DNA of 64,000 nucleotides, taken from contig NC_043003.1 in assembly GCF_006345805.1 (NCBI RefSeq), positions 62,744,001 through 62,808,000 on the forward strand, read 5' to 3'. The notes beneath the pieces are model-generated. The model saw only the letters and a program-made list of their open reading frames with translations, was not told where the DNA came from and made no database searches. Origin of the DNA: Octopus sinensis (Eukaryota). Positions 50,195 to 63,554 of this stretch are shown here, piece by piece (the stretch's first letter is position 1; each line of letters opens with the position of its first letter). Made by a program: the position numbers and the translations under genes.

Positions 50195-51710
50195 ACATAT
50201 GAGGGGAAAAGTGGAGAAAGCAAACCTACCTCAAGAACACCAGAATAGACATGACACGGAATTTGAGGTGAATAATGAATAGAAGATCATAGAAGCAAAA
50301 GAAGATATTATGAGACCTCAGCAAGACTGAGTTTACTGACATGATCAATAGAGAACTGCTACTCAAGCTCTGAAACAACATAATCATGATATATAATATT
50401 GCAATTAAACAGATCTTTAGAAATAAGGAAAATGACCTAACAATCTTAAATAACCTCATCTATTCCACTGCTAAAGTTGTAACTGCTCAGTTAGGTATCA
50501 GGATGACATAGAAAAGGACCAACCTTGTCAATAGACCTCTTTAGTGGAAAGTTGCAATACAAAAAGAGATCAAATTTTTGCAGACTGATGTATCAGTTCT
50601 TGATAAATAAATGTTAAGACGAAACAAGTTAGAAAAACCAAGCAAAAATATAAAATCAAAGATTCTATAAACCTTCCTGTAACCAAGGAACTAGCAAAAC
50701 AATGAATACAATTGAAAGCCCAATGGCTCAGAAGGTATGACAACAGAATAAAATTTTATCAACAAAACAAGGTATTCAAGACATATGCAAAAATCATTTT
50801 ACAGGGAAATTGGCAAAAGCAAGATAGAAGTAAAGGAGCCACCTAAGACTGAGGAAATGGAAGAGTTCTGGAAGAAGACATAGAGCAGCAAAAAAGAATA
50901 TAATGCTGAACTCATTGGATGGAATGTGAGAAAGTGAGACTGGATGAAGTTGAAGAGCAGAAATGGGAGACAATAGGAGTAGAAGAGCTAAATTGTGTTC
51001 TGAGAAAGTCTCACAAATGGAAAACCCCAGGACTGGACCAGATCCCTAAATTCTGGCTGAATTGTTTGACAGAAGTACACCAAATGTTTGCTGCATCCCT
51101 AACTAATGTCATCCAGAACTCAAAGCAAATACCTCTCTGACTGACTGAAGGAACAACATACCTTCCACCAAAAACTGAAGTTGTGAAAAATCCAAAGAAC
51201 TACCAACCAATTACATGTCTCGACACCACCTACAAGATCATCACATCCATACTAACTGAAAGAATATACACTTTCCTTGAACAAAACTCTGACCTTCCAC
51301 AGCTCAAAAAGGTTGTAAAGGGAAATTGTATGTATGCAAAGATTAATTATTTGTAATAAAATGATTGTAGAGAACTGCCAGAGCAAGAAGACAACCCTGA
51401 GTATGGAATGGATAGACAAGAAAGCATTTGATAGTGTCCCATATAACTGGCTACTCAAGGTCCTTGAGATACACCAGATCTCTCCTGTAGTTTCCAAATT
51501 CTTACAGGGTAGTATGGTCAAGTGGAATACATGTCTCCTAAACCATAGTAATGAGATGAGCCAATCTAACATCAACATCAAATGAAGCATCTTTCAAGGT
51601 GACTCTCTCTCCCCATTACTCTTTTGCATGGCACTGATCCCACTCTCAAACGAATTGAGTAACACCAGGTATGGGTTCAAAGTGTATAATACTGTAGTAA
51701 ACCTCTACTC
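50195..51710 (+). mobile_element. Decayed R4/Dong-like LINE RT region
   Basis: LNNLIYSTAK; LRRYDNRIKFYQQNKVF; SHKWKTPGLDQI; KNYQPITCLDTTYKIITS; KKAFDSVP; FQGDSLSPLLFC; (AAT)n upstream. Confidence 0.9.
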
Positions 51711-52325
51711 CTTTGACCCTTCTGGGAATAATGGCTGGCAAAACTGGATGAATGGATGGATTGGTGAATGGACAAGGCCCATTCATACATACAATGAATG
51801 AATTACAAAAGCATTTGCAAAAGCTGTGGAGATGCATTTATATACATATATGTATCATAAAGTCAAGATGGTATATTAAAATCAGGAAGGTGTATTTAAC
51901 AACTAACCTTTTCCACCTGATGAAGTAGCACCAAATCCTGCATTATCTTCAATGAAGTTTTTGCATTTCACATTAATACAGACATCTAAGTAACAGATGT
52001 ATGAATTATCTATTATCAGATATGATAATATAAGCTATTTGCATGTTTGGGGGTTACTGAAACATATTTGTCATGGTACCTTGATGTTTATTGTTAAATA
52101 AAGTTCATCATTATATTTCTCCATCATTTATATCTTTATATTCTCCTTTTCTCATGTATACTACTATATACTCTATATGGTTTATGCAATGACTACTACT
52201 GGATAACTTGAAGCCATATACACACACACACATTATAATTGTCACTAAATGTAACTAGAGTGTTAGAAAACACCTACATTGCTAGAAATAAGAGCTAAAA
52301 GGAAATCAGAGCACATGATGGTATA

Positions 52326-52473
52326 CATATATACTGACAGGGACTGCAATCGCCCCTAAACACTCAAGAATTCCCTATATGTCAGGTCAGTTTCAGCAAC
52401 TTCTGTTGCCTCATCAGTAAGGACTGGTTTGTCTTTGGCCGATTCTGGACTGAATTCTCTGTCAGTATATATG
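52326..52473. repeat. 148-bp segment with perfect 15-bp terminal inverted repeats and a hammerhead-like core on the minus strand
   Basis: CATATATACTGACAG ... CTGTCAGTATATATG; minus-strand CTGATGA-GGCAAC agaa GTTGCT-GAAA at 52417-52391. Confidence 0.7.
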
Positions 52474-52524
52474 CTTTCACCATAAAGATATATGGGTGAT
52501 TTAGAGAATTGCTAACGTGTATAC

Positions 52525-52620
52525 AGAAAATTAATATAGACAGCAGGATGCAATGTTTTACCAAAAAGGAAAGCTAATTGTCACTAAGACATTGCACCCT
52601 GCTGTCTATATTAATTTTCT
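52525..52620. repeat. Hairpin, 32-bp arms with one mismatch
   Basis: AGAAAATTAATATAGACAGCAGGATGCAATGT / ACATTGCACCCTGCTGTCTATATTAATTTTCT. Confidence 0.95.
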
Positions 52621-52638
52621 ATATATATTATAAATAAC

Positions 52639-52780
52639 AAATTAAAGAGGGTGGCTTATTAGCAATTAGAACCTAAAGGCAAAATTAATAGAGGTCATAT
52701 CAGTACCTTCTCTCACTTTTTGTGACCTCTATTAATTTTGCCTTTAGGCTCTAATTGCTAATAAGCCACCCTTTTAAATT
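52639..52780. repeat. Hairpin with a ~49-bp core, one mismatch
   Basis: GGGTGGCTTATTAGCAATTAGAACCTAAAGGCAAAATTAATAGAGGTCA and its reverse complement. Confidence 0.95.
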
Positions 52781-53039
52781 CATTTACACTTTAACCGTTT
52801 TGAAAATCACATGTTTTCAAAGTTTTTCTTACAAGATTGACAGAGGTAAACTTTAACCTTAGGTGTTAAGAGTCACTTATGAGGATTAAGATGGTCTACA
52901 TCAAAATCCACAATCGTGATCTGACTATATACCCTGGGATTTGTGACTTTTGAGTTAGTTTAGCTCTTATTTTTAGCAAAAGCAGTGCTAGTCAGTACCC
53001 TCTGTCACTTTTGTGACTTCTATATATTATATGTATATA

Positions 53040-53181
53040 TTAGGAAGTTGAATTTTATGGCTGGTCGTAGAATGGCCATTGGTTTTGCACCTATGAAGCA
53101 CTTAGCATTATAAACCTGTACTGCAATGCACTTTACAGATGCAAAACCAATGATCACCCTATGACCCACCCTAACTTCCTA
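53040..53181. repeat. Diverged fold-back element
   Basis: TAGGAAGTT...CATTGGTTTTGCA versus TGCAAAACCAATG...AACTTCCTA. Confidence 0.7.
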
Positions 53182-53223
53182 AAAAATATTTTTCAGATAC
53201 ATGAACTACTGATAATATGTATA

Positions 53224-54441
53224 CAGGGTGCTGGTGATGTTTGAGGACACATGCATTTTTAGTTATTATTTTGACTAATTTTTATTGAACTTCTGTTTCA
53301 GAAAATATCGATGATAGGCCCTATGCTTACTAATGAAAGGAAAAGGCATGTTATGATTGGCTTTGAAGGTTAAGCATGGTGATTTAGAAATTTCTCATTT
53401 TCTGAAAATTGCAAAATCTTTTGTCCACAAAATTTGGTGTGAGTTAGAGAAAGGTGGAAGCATGTTACCTGTATCAAAATGTAATAAAAAAAAAAAACAT
53501 TCCAAATGCTCTGATTCTATCAGAATACCTGCATTTATCCAGGAAATTAAGCAAAATATTGAAGACAATCCAGGAACATCAGTGAGGTCAAATGCAAAAA
53601 AATTTCATGTGTCAAAAAAAGCAGTCAGAAATGTTGTGCATGAAGACATCAGATATAAATCTTATGTGATGAGGAGAGGTCAATTCATGACAGAAAGAAC
53701 AAAAGAAAACCGTTTAATCAGATCCAAAAGAGCTTTGAACAAACTTAAAAATCCATCAGAAAATGATATGATTTGGTTTTTCTCAGATGAGAAAAACTTC
53801 AACCAGAACACTAACAGAAGAAATGACACATGGCTATGTACAGACCCTTCTGAGGTTCAGAGTAATGCACACAAAATTTCTTACAAGTGTCATAGTTTTG
53901 GCTGTTGTTAACAGTGAAGGACATATGATACTGCCTCACTTTTTTGCACAAGGTTTTAGGGTGAATGCTGCTATGTATATTGAGTTGTTAAGCCTAAGAT
54001 CAACAGTGTATGCAATGGAAGGCCTTGTATTTCAACAAGATTCTGTACCATGACATGAGGATCAAATAACACAAGAATGGATGGCCAACAATTTGCATGA
54101 TCACATCACCCCCAACATTTGGCCTCCTAACTCTCCAGATCTCAATCCACTGGACTACTATGTTCAGAAAAATGTCAATGAACAGCCCCATAGCACTAAA
54201 GATTCTTTGAAAGTCACCATAGTTTGAGTCATGTCCAATATGAACAAGGATCAGTTGATCCAAACTTGTAAACAATTTCTACCCTGCATAGAGGCAGTTA
54301 TTGATGCTTATGCTGGTTTTATTGAATGAGATTATTAAAATGATAATTTAGCTTTGTTGTTTTAATAAAATTAGTTTTTTTCTGTTATGTGTTTTTTAAA
54401 ACCATAAAGCTGTCCTCGACATAAATACTGTCCACATCCTG
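53224..54441 (+). mobile_element. Near full-length decayed Tc1/mariner DD37D (maT-type) transposon
   Basis: TA|CAGGGTG start and CATCCTG|TA end; WFFSDEK, FQQDSVP*H, WPPNSPDLNPLDY; 37 residues counted between the second and third Asp; frameshifts and a stop. Confidence 0.9.
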
Positions 54442-54502
54442 TATGTATATATATATATATATTATATATATATATATAATATATATATATGTGTGTGTGT
54501 GT

Positions 54503-54551
<49 letters not shown>

Positions 54552-54659
54552 AAGACTTGTTTCTAATGTTGTAGCAAATTTATTCAACTTCAGTATAATA
54601 ATTGGTATTTATATTAACATCACCATTATGTAAAACTCTGAAATGACTTATTCTTAATA

Positions 54660-55040
54660 TGGTTATGATTTTTTTCAACTATTAAATTCATCTTTGAAAA
54701 TTAAAAATCTTTAAATATTTGCATCAAGATGTTAATATTAAATATGATGTAAGGTGTAAATATTAAAATGTTTTTCCTCATTTATTAAACTCATCCTTGA
54801 GGACTAAAAATATTTTCATATTTACATTTACACATCAAAATGTAAATATTAAAATATTTTTATTACTAAACTCATAACTCTTCTTTAGAGATTAAAAATG
54901 TTAAGATACGAATTTATGTTAAGATATAAATATTAAATCTTTTTACATCTTTTATTAAAATTAATCTATCGAGATTGAAAAATGTCTCACTGTCAACATC
55001 TACACGTCTAGCGGTAAATATTAAAACAGTTTTTATTTTT
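54660..55040. repeat. Degenerate AT-rich minisatellite, ~85-bp unit, 4-5 copies
   Basis: TAAATATTAAA..TTTTT..TTATTAAA..GA.TAAAAAT recurs near 54755, 54841, 54924 and 55013. Confidence 0.7.
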
Positions 55041-56109
55041 AATGATGTGGTTAACAGTTCAAACATTGTAATCCAGTGTCACTCAGCTGAATTGAACAAC
55101 AATACTGGTTAAGAGTTTGAAGGCAGGTTCAGTCAGGTGGGTTAGTTGACATTGGTCAATGATTTTGAGAAGACTTCTCTGAGGGACATTTTGCTAAAAA
55201 ATAACATTTTTTTTTTGTAAGTATTCCAGTATTCCAGTTCGTTTATTGCATCCGGTAGTGGGGCTCTGGTTTGTAAGTCCAAGAATTTTGAGAATAGTGG
55301 AGCCACCTCTTCACCACTATTGTTACCAAGGTTACTCTGACTCAGAGTAACAACACCCATTAGGATCCCAGCTAAGAATTTATTAGCATGTCATAGAATT
55401 GCTTCTGAGAGAAGGTTATTTACACATCCTACAATAGACCAAGGGGAGATGAGTGTTTCAGCTCTTCAGCTGCTCACTTAAGAGAACATAGCTCCATGAA
55501 AACCCAGCATCCTGATAACTAATGGGCTTGTAGTGCTTGCTGCACCAGACCAATAAAAATTTGAAGGATGAGAGAGTGGGCCAGGCTCTCCAAAACCATG
55601 CTTGCTATAATAATATTCCTCATGCAGCTTGTTCAGCAAACCAAGACATCAACATCAATGCCATTACACTTTTTGCATAAGTCCATCAAGGATAAGGAAA
55701 TAGGTGACAGGGACAGATACATGATGCTACTGCAAGTCTTTTCAGCTTTGATCTTGCACACAGGCAGTCACCGTGTGATGGTCATTTTGTCCACACATTT
55801 ACTGCACGTGTAGATTTACAGCTATGGTTTGCTGAACCCTTGTTTGTTGAAGCAATGAGAGAGTTCATACACATATGTCTTATCTTGTTTCAGTCGTTGG
55901 TGTGTGGCCATGCTGAGACCCTGTTTTGTGGGGTTTAGTTGAACAAATCTTTTTTTTGTTTTAAATCTATACTTATTCTATTAGTCTGTCTCTTTTGCCA
56001 GATTCCTAAGTTACAGAGACATAAACAAACCAACACTGGTTGTCAGGCAATGATGGGAGACAAACACAAACAATGACACTCCCTACTAGATATAAACATA
56101 ACCCATACA

Positions 56110-56445
56110 TTAATCATGAAGGCTCATGGTTTAGTGGTTTGGACATTCGGCTCACATTCGTAAGGTCATGAGTTCAATTCTTGGTGATGTGTTGTGTTCT
56201 TGAGCAAGACACTTTATTTCTCATTACTCCAGTCCACTCAGCTGGCAAAAATGAGCAGTACTTGTTATTCAACGTGCCAGCCTTGTCACCTTCTATGTCA
56301 CGCTGAATCCCCATGAGAACTATGTTAAGGGCACACATGTCTGTGGAGTGCTCAGCCATTTGCGCATTATTTCTTGAGTAGGCTGTGCTGTTGATCAGAT
56401 CAACTGGAACCCCCACCGTCATAACCGATGGAGTGCCATTCATCA
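56110..56445 (+). mobile_element. tRNA-derived CORE-like SINE, family C
   Basis: TGGTTTAGTGGTT..GAGTTCAATTC head, TTGAGCAAGACACTTTA core; minus-strand relative at ~63250-63545. Confidence 0.7.
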
Positions 56446-57739
56446 TATATATCTACCACTACACACTAATATACTAAATAGTTTGCAATGAGGCCCACAT
56501 ATCATCTCTGGTCTGGGTTTATTGCCACTTGAAATGGGACCTCCATTTAACCATTACCATCTGGCCTTGAGCCTATTATCAGCTTCACATATTTGTTTGT
56601 AGGCTTTACTTTTCCAAGAATTTTCGGAAATCATGTATGAAATCTTGGCTTTGAATTGCAAATTCTTCACATATATAAGCTTTTACAAGTGATTTCTGGA
56701 AGCACGTCTCAACAGAGAGACATCTTTCAATATTTACACCTTTTTTCCCCCCTTCTTGTTAAAAGTTATCTTTCTGCCTTAATCACTTTTCCTTTTTTTC
56801 AGATAATAAAATCATTAATCTGTGAAAAAGAACACATTTCCAAACACTTGCCTTCCAATTTCAGAATTCTGAAGTTATGGTTTCTATTTTTATTTCTATA
56901 GTAATTTTATGATGGTTATACTTCAGAAAGTATTTGCTTCACAGATTTAACAGGCTGTTTCCTCATTATTTCTCTTTCGTTTTTCTTTTTGTTATGATTA
57001 TATCTAACTTGTTCATGGTTCTATTTATTTGCAGTTATGTTTTTTTAACATGGTCCATATATTCATATATTCTTAACTCACGCTATATTGATACTCAATT
57101 GTTGTTGAGCAATCAGCTATGTACCATTATGCAAATGAGTTGAACCTAAAACAGTTTTGTTTAGATTTTTCTAAGATTAACTTTCTGCTATTTATCTTGC
57201 CATCTCAGAGCAAAAAGTAAATCTTGAAAATGAAACCAATTGCTTCTAGCCTCCTCTAAAGTTGCTAAAATTCTTTCAGACTAAATGTGTGTGTGTGTGT
57301 GTGTGGCACCACAGATTTTGATCTTCCTACTTGTACATTCATTCATTCATCCATGCATTCTAAGATTTTCTAAGAGAGCAAAAAAGAACTGATACACATC
57401 CAAATTCAATTCTATTAGCAGAAAATTTGTCAGACATTGTAAAGATTCCCCCAATTAAGATTCATCAAATGAATATATACACACACTTGATTGTGTGCAT
57501 CTACAAAGACACACATGTAGAGAGTATGTGCACACAAATGCACACACACACACACCAAAGCCCTAAGTACTAAAGAGACGTACATACAAAACATAAGTGC
57601 ACTTACATACAACTTCATACATGCATGCACTAACTCTACTGCATATTTACAAATCCCAAGAAGTGTCTTAACTCAAAAGCTCTTGTCATTCTGTTGGTAA
57701 CCAGCTTGAACTCCATTAAGGAAAACTTCAATAAATCTC

Positions 57740-57990
57740 TCAGAAAAGCATGCATGTACGCATAAAGCCAAACCTACATCTGCTGATGTGAACAACTCTT
57801 CAAAAATCAGTAGAAAGGAGAATATTCAAAGATAACGAATTCAAAACCTGCAGCTTCTCCATCCTGATTATAAATTTACATTTATGCCAGTGGTTGTGGG
57901 AACACTTCGTTATGTTTGTAAATATGACAATCTGGAAAAGCATGGATTTTCATGGAAAGAGAGGGTCCCCACCAACACATACTTTACAAA
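57740..57990 (+). mobile_element. RLE-type LINE C-terminal remnant
   Basis: NLQLLHPDYKFTFMPVVVGTLRYV resembles the PIVVGALG end of RLE domains. Confidence 0.55.
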
Positions 57991-58071
57991 TACAATCTCT
58001 AAGACAGTAAAGAAATGAAAGATTTTCTAAGAGACAGTAAAGATATGAAAGGTTTCCTTTAAAATTCAACA

Positions 58072-58223
58072 TAGGTGCAGGAGTGGCTGTGTGGTAAGTA
58101 GCTTGCTTACCAACCACATGGTTCTGGGTTCAGTCCCACTGTGTGGCACCTTGGACAAGTGTCTTCTACTAAAGCCTTGTGAGTGGATTTGGTGGATGGA
58201 AACTGAGAGAAGCCCATCATATA

Positions 58224-58254
<31 letters not shown>

Positions 58255-58420
58255 TTGTCTCCCCAACATCGCTTGACAACTGATGCTGGTGTGTTTATGT
58301 CCCCATAACTTAGCAGTTCAGCAAAAGAGACTGACAGAATAAGTCCTGGGGTCAATTTGCTTGACTAAAGGTGGCGCTTCTGTATGGCCACAGTCAAATG
58401 ACTGAAACAAGTAAAAGAAA
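58072..58420 (+). mobile_element. SINE family A
   Basis: Collinear with 2319-2720 with small deletions. Confidence 0.85.
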
Positions 58421-59339
58421 AGAATGTAATGTGTATCATTGTGGTTATCCAAATTCCATTGATGGAGTTTTGTCTTCTAATAATTAAATTTCTCAGACTA
58501 GGTTCTGTGTTGTGCTCTTGAGCAAGACACTTTATTTCACATTGCTCCAGTTCATTGAGCTGTAGAAATGATTAGTGATGTCACTGGTTTCATGCTGTAT
58601 CAGCCTTTGCCATTCCCTTGGACAACATCATTGGCGTTGAGAGGGGAGGCTGGTATGCATGGGTGACTTGGTCTTCCATAAACAATTTTGCCTGGACTTA
58701 TGCTTTGGTGGGTAACTTTCTAAGTGCAATCACACTGTCGTCCATGACTGAAGGGGGTCTTTACTCTTTTTAATAACTAAAAAAATAGACATGCATACGT
58801 CTGTGTATATGTGTATCTATTTGTGTTTTTATGTATTGTGTAAGTGTGTGGGGGGGATACATGCATGCATGCTTTCTTCACACACTCTTGTCTCAGAAAG
58901 CACTTTCTCTTTGTCCACCTACTTCTGGTTGTTCCAAAATATAACCACATGTGGACTGTTGGAGATTTTTTCTCTCCATCTTCGTTTTCTCTTGGACTTT
59001 CCTCTGTCTCCTGTTTCTAGAGAAGAAATGCCAGTGGGAATACTTAGTGGTATTTTGTCTGTCTTTACATTCTGGATTCAAATTCCGCAAGGGTCAAGTT
59101 TGCCTTTTTTCCTTTCAGGGTCAATAAATTATGCTCCAGTTGTGTAATGGAGTCAATCCAATCAACTGGACTGCCCCCAACTCCCCAAAAATTTCGGGCC
59201 TTGTGCCTAGAGTAGAAAAGAAAAGGTTGTATATGTTGTCCAAGTTTCTATTGCACAGAGGACCGTTAGCATCATATAACAGTTTACTATCCACAGTTTT
59301 ACATGCTTTGTTATGTCTTTTTGAGCTGTAAGTCTTTTT

Positions 59340-59560
59340 CCTCCTATTAAATGTTCTGTTAGCCTAATTTATTCTTTGAGTAACATCTACTCGGAGAGCT
59401 TCTTGATTTATTGTCCTAAATACTTGAAGTTTTTTCTCGTTCAAGTTCCTCTCCCTCAACCTTTTGTATTTACTTCCTTTTGTTGTCTTTCTAATAACTA
59501 TTGTCTTTGTCATTTTCACATTCATATTTAGACCTTTCTTGTCACTCTGCTCTTTTACAA
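59340..59560 (-). mobile_element. RTE RT remnant
   Basis: SDKKGLNMNVKMTKTIVI (RT domain 6, GLxxNxxKTK). Confidence 0.6.
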
Positions 59561-59626
59561 CACTGACAATATATACATACATATGTACACATATGAATAT
59601 ATATATATTAAATGTATGAATATATA

Positions 59627-59671
<45 letters not shown>

Positions 59672-61974
59672 GATTTTAAGTTGAAGAGACAATTGAAGAT
59701 TATGATTGATGCTGTTTCATCTGGCAAATTATCAAAATCATATTTTGTTTGATTAAACGCCAGATGAAACTACGATCAAGCATAATCTTGAATTGCCTCG
59801 TCAACTTGATTTATATAATTTTTTTTGTATTATCTTTGTCCAGCATCAGTGCAACAATACAGTACACTCACACACGTACGCACATGTACACACACATATA
59901 TGCATACATACGTACATACATACAAATGTACACATGAAAACGCATGTGCATGCACACACACACACTAAGCATTTCCTGCACAAATATAACACATGAAACG
60001 CATGACTTAGATATGTAAATGAATGTAAATAACAAATCAGATTTTAATATAAATCTCTAATGTTTGTGTTTATGAGAAAGATTTCTTGACAGAAAATTTG
60101 TACTTCATATAAGTAGCCTATTTTAATTTATGGCTTTGACTTCTTAACATTGTATATTGAGGATGATGTACCAGAAGATCTCCATCATCATTTGCTTCTA
60201 CTTCTCCATGCTTGTATTGGTCTGATGGAGTTTACTGAAGCAAATCTTTTTACAGTCAGCTGCTCTTTCTGTCACCAACCCTCACCTGTTTCCAAGCAAA
60301 GTAATACTTTCTCATAGCAAGATAGCAAGCTGGCAGAATCGTTAGCACACCAAGCAAAATGTTTAGTAGAAATGCTAAACATTTGAGTTCAGATTCCTCT
60401 CAGGTCGACTTTGCTTTTCATCCTTTCCAAGTCAATAAAATAATACAAGTAGTCAAGCACTGGGGCTGATCTTATCGACTTAAGTACTTCACCAAAATTG
60501 CTGGCCCTGTGCCAAAATTTGAAACCATTATTTTTCCCATAACTAGATATATCTTTCAATGAAGACCAGAAATGAACAAACCTCGCTTGTATGACAGTGA
60601 TGCTCGTTTACAACCATATCTAGATTAAAATACACTCATACACACTCATATGCACACACACATGCATACTATCTGTTTCCATCAACCAAATCCATTCACA
60701 ATGCCTCGGTTGGCCCAAGGCTATCCTACAAAACATTTGCCAAAGGTGTCATGCACTGAGACTGAACCCAAGACCACATACTCTTTACTCTTTTACTTGT
60801 TTGTCATTTGACTGTGGCCATGCTGGAGCACTGCCTTTAGTCAAGCAATATTGTGGGGATAAGCACAGACACACAAACATATACATACATATATATACAT
60901 ATATATATGTATATATACATATATACAACAGGCTTCTTTCAGTTTCCGTCTACGAAATCTACTCACAAGGCTTTGGTCAGCCTGAGGCTATAGTAGAAGA
61001 CACTTGCCGAAGTTGCCATGCTTACGGCAGGTATACAAGATTTTACAGGCACAAAGAGGAATATCGATGTTGCACGGATAACGGACAGACCAAGAAAGAA
61101 AGATCAGGCTTGGCCGAACACCAGTCATGTGGGAAGAGAAGAGAGAGAAGTAGAAGCAGAGGGACAGAAGAATTAAGGAGGGGCAAGAAAAAATGACAGG
61201 GACACAGTGAAGTGAAAAGTGGAGGGAAAGTGAGCTAGAAGAGAAGGCAAAGAAATGTAAGAGAGGGGGAATGAAAACACACATACATACAGATATACTT
61301 ACATGGTATTCAACTAATATTTACTTGTCTAAATAATCGTATAACAAGTCAATTTCAAAAAATTTCATTCATTAGAAATTCATGATATGATTATTCGTAT
61401 TATTTTAAAAGGTTTGTTTTAAATAAAGATTTTTGTATATACTCCAGGCAATAATTTAAGTAGAGATGTAGAGATGTGCACGGTTGCTTTCATACAAAGG
61501 TTAGCATAACCATCAGGATAACAACAGGTACATGGTTTGAGTCCTGTGGGTGTTCCTGTGCACATTTTTCCAGCTGCTATGACTACCTCCTTGAACCTGC
61601 TAATAATAGAAACTGAAGGTTGAACTGGGAAATAGCTGAAGTTCCTAGACACTGTTACCTCAACATTGCTAATGTCGGAGATGGTGCTGATCTTGGAAGC
61701 ATAGTAGTTCTGTTAGAACTCTTCATTTCTTGGGAGAACTTTACTGAGATGACAAATGAGAGAATGAGATGAAAAATATACTGAGTTGGTGGAATTATGT
61801 TGAAACAATGGGTGAAGAGCAAGGTGTGATCCCAGTGAGATTGAATGCAAAAAGTTCAAAGGGCAGTCCCTCTCCAGAGTGTTTCTCTGTGTATCTGTGT
61901 GTGTGCATGTTAAGAAAAAATAATAAATGGATTCTCTCGTGAACAACAAATGAAGATTCAGAAAAATAAAGCAG

Positions 61975-62270
61975 TAGTCATGTTCTATTGACACGCATGT
62001 TTCTCTTGAGGTCTGCTGGTGCCTTGCAAACCTTTTGACAAATGGAACAAGTTGAGGACTTGGTTTTCTCGAGTGCTTTTGGATCATTTATGTTTTCTTG
62101 AGTGGACAGCAAGGCCTGCTTTGTTTCATGCCACAAAACCACAATGACAGGTAGGCTTTCATTTAACAGAGCAGCATTTTGCCTGTGTGCCTTCATGCTT
62201 GCAGTCTACTTTGCTCAAATCTTTGAACTGAGGAGAAGCAGAATTGGCACCAGGTCCTGCGTTCTGATAT
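61975..62270 (-). mobile_element. RTE (BovB-like) ORF end with a decayed C2H2-like motif
   Basis: STCSICQKVCKAPADLKRNMRV. Confidence 0.55.
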
Positions 62271-62568
62271 GCTGTTTTACACACACACACACACACACAC
62301 ACAATATTTAATGTCCATTTTATATGCTGGCATGGATTGAACTGTTTGACAGGAGCTGACCAACTGAAGGGTGGTTCAGGCTCCATGTCTGTTTTGGCAT
62401 GGTTTCAACAGCTAGAGGCCCTTCCTAATGCCAACCAGTTCACAGTGTATAGGGTGATTTTATGCAGCAGTGGCATTGGTGCTTTTTACATGGCACCAGC
62501 ACCTACAAGCTCACAAGATTAGGGATGAATCTGTATGCAAAGGTAACCACACTTTTACTTAGCTTGTG

Positions 62569-62610
<42 letters not shown>

Positions 62611-63554
62611 CATATACATATGTAAATAAATATAACCCATGCTAGAATGGAAAACGGACGTTAAACGATGATGATATATATATATAATATGAGAGAGATG
62701 GGGTAGAGAGATAGAAGGGCTGGGTGTGTCATTAGAGCATAAGATACAATGTTACGCAGTATTTTTGCAGCTCTGGGTGCTCTGAGTAAAACTTCTTACT
62801 TTGATCAACATGTCCTTCCATCCTTTCAAGGTGACAAATAGATGCTAGTCAGTTGCTAGCCATGCTTCTCTCTCTTGACCTCTGACATCCAATATGTAGA
62901 TGAAGTTTGGGAGAATGGAGACATTGCATTCTATGTGACTGCTCGCTGCTGTGCAGACACTAAATCATTAATAAAAGCTTGCTATACACTGATACCAAAG
63001 AGCATTTGATAGCAATTGACAGTATATCCCTGAAGGTTTTCTTTTGCAGCCTGTCATCATTTTTTTCCAAAAGTGAAATTTATCATTTGCAGTAATCTAA
63101 AGACAAACCTCACTTACTTCTCATTTTTCACAGATGATTGTTACTTAAAAGATATCTAATTTTCAAGAGAGCAACATTATCTTATACCCCAATTGGCATG
63201 GCTTTTGCTGTGATTCAGACTCTGCTTTCGATTTGCTGGTAATAGAATAATGTTCCAGTTGATTCGATCAATGGAACAGGCTGTTCATGAAATTAACATC
63301 CAAGTGGTTGAGCACTCCACAGATGCACATATCCTTATTATATTTCTCAAGGAGATTCAGCATGACACAGAATATGACAAGACTGGCCCCTTTTTAATTA
63401 CAGGTACAACTCATTTTCCTCCGGCTGTATGGACTAGAGCATCATGAAACAAAGTACCTTGCCTGACAACACAATGTTACCAGGAATTGAACTTGTGACC
63501 TTATAATCGTGAACTGACTATCCTAATCACTAAGCCACACACCTTCATAATAGA

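Noticed and set aside
51915-51945. CTGATGA motifs at 51917, 23520 and minus 50017
   Set aside because: No stem II or GAAA follows.
62855-63010. Open frame DEVWENGDIAFYVTARCC
   Set aside because: Resembles a recalled SINE 3' region (GGGAGAATGGAGAC..CATTCTATGTG.CTGCTC.CTGCT); ends in a stop with no good splice context.
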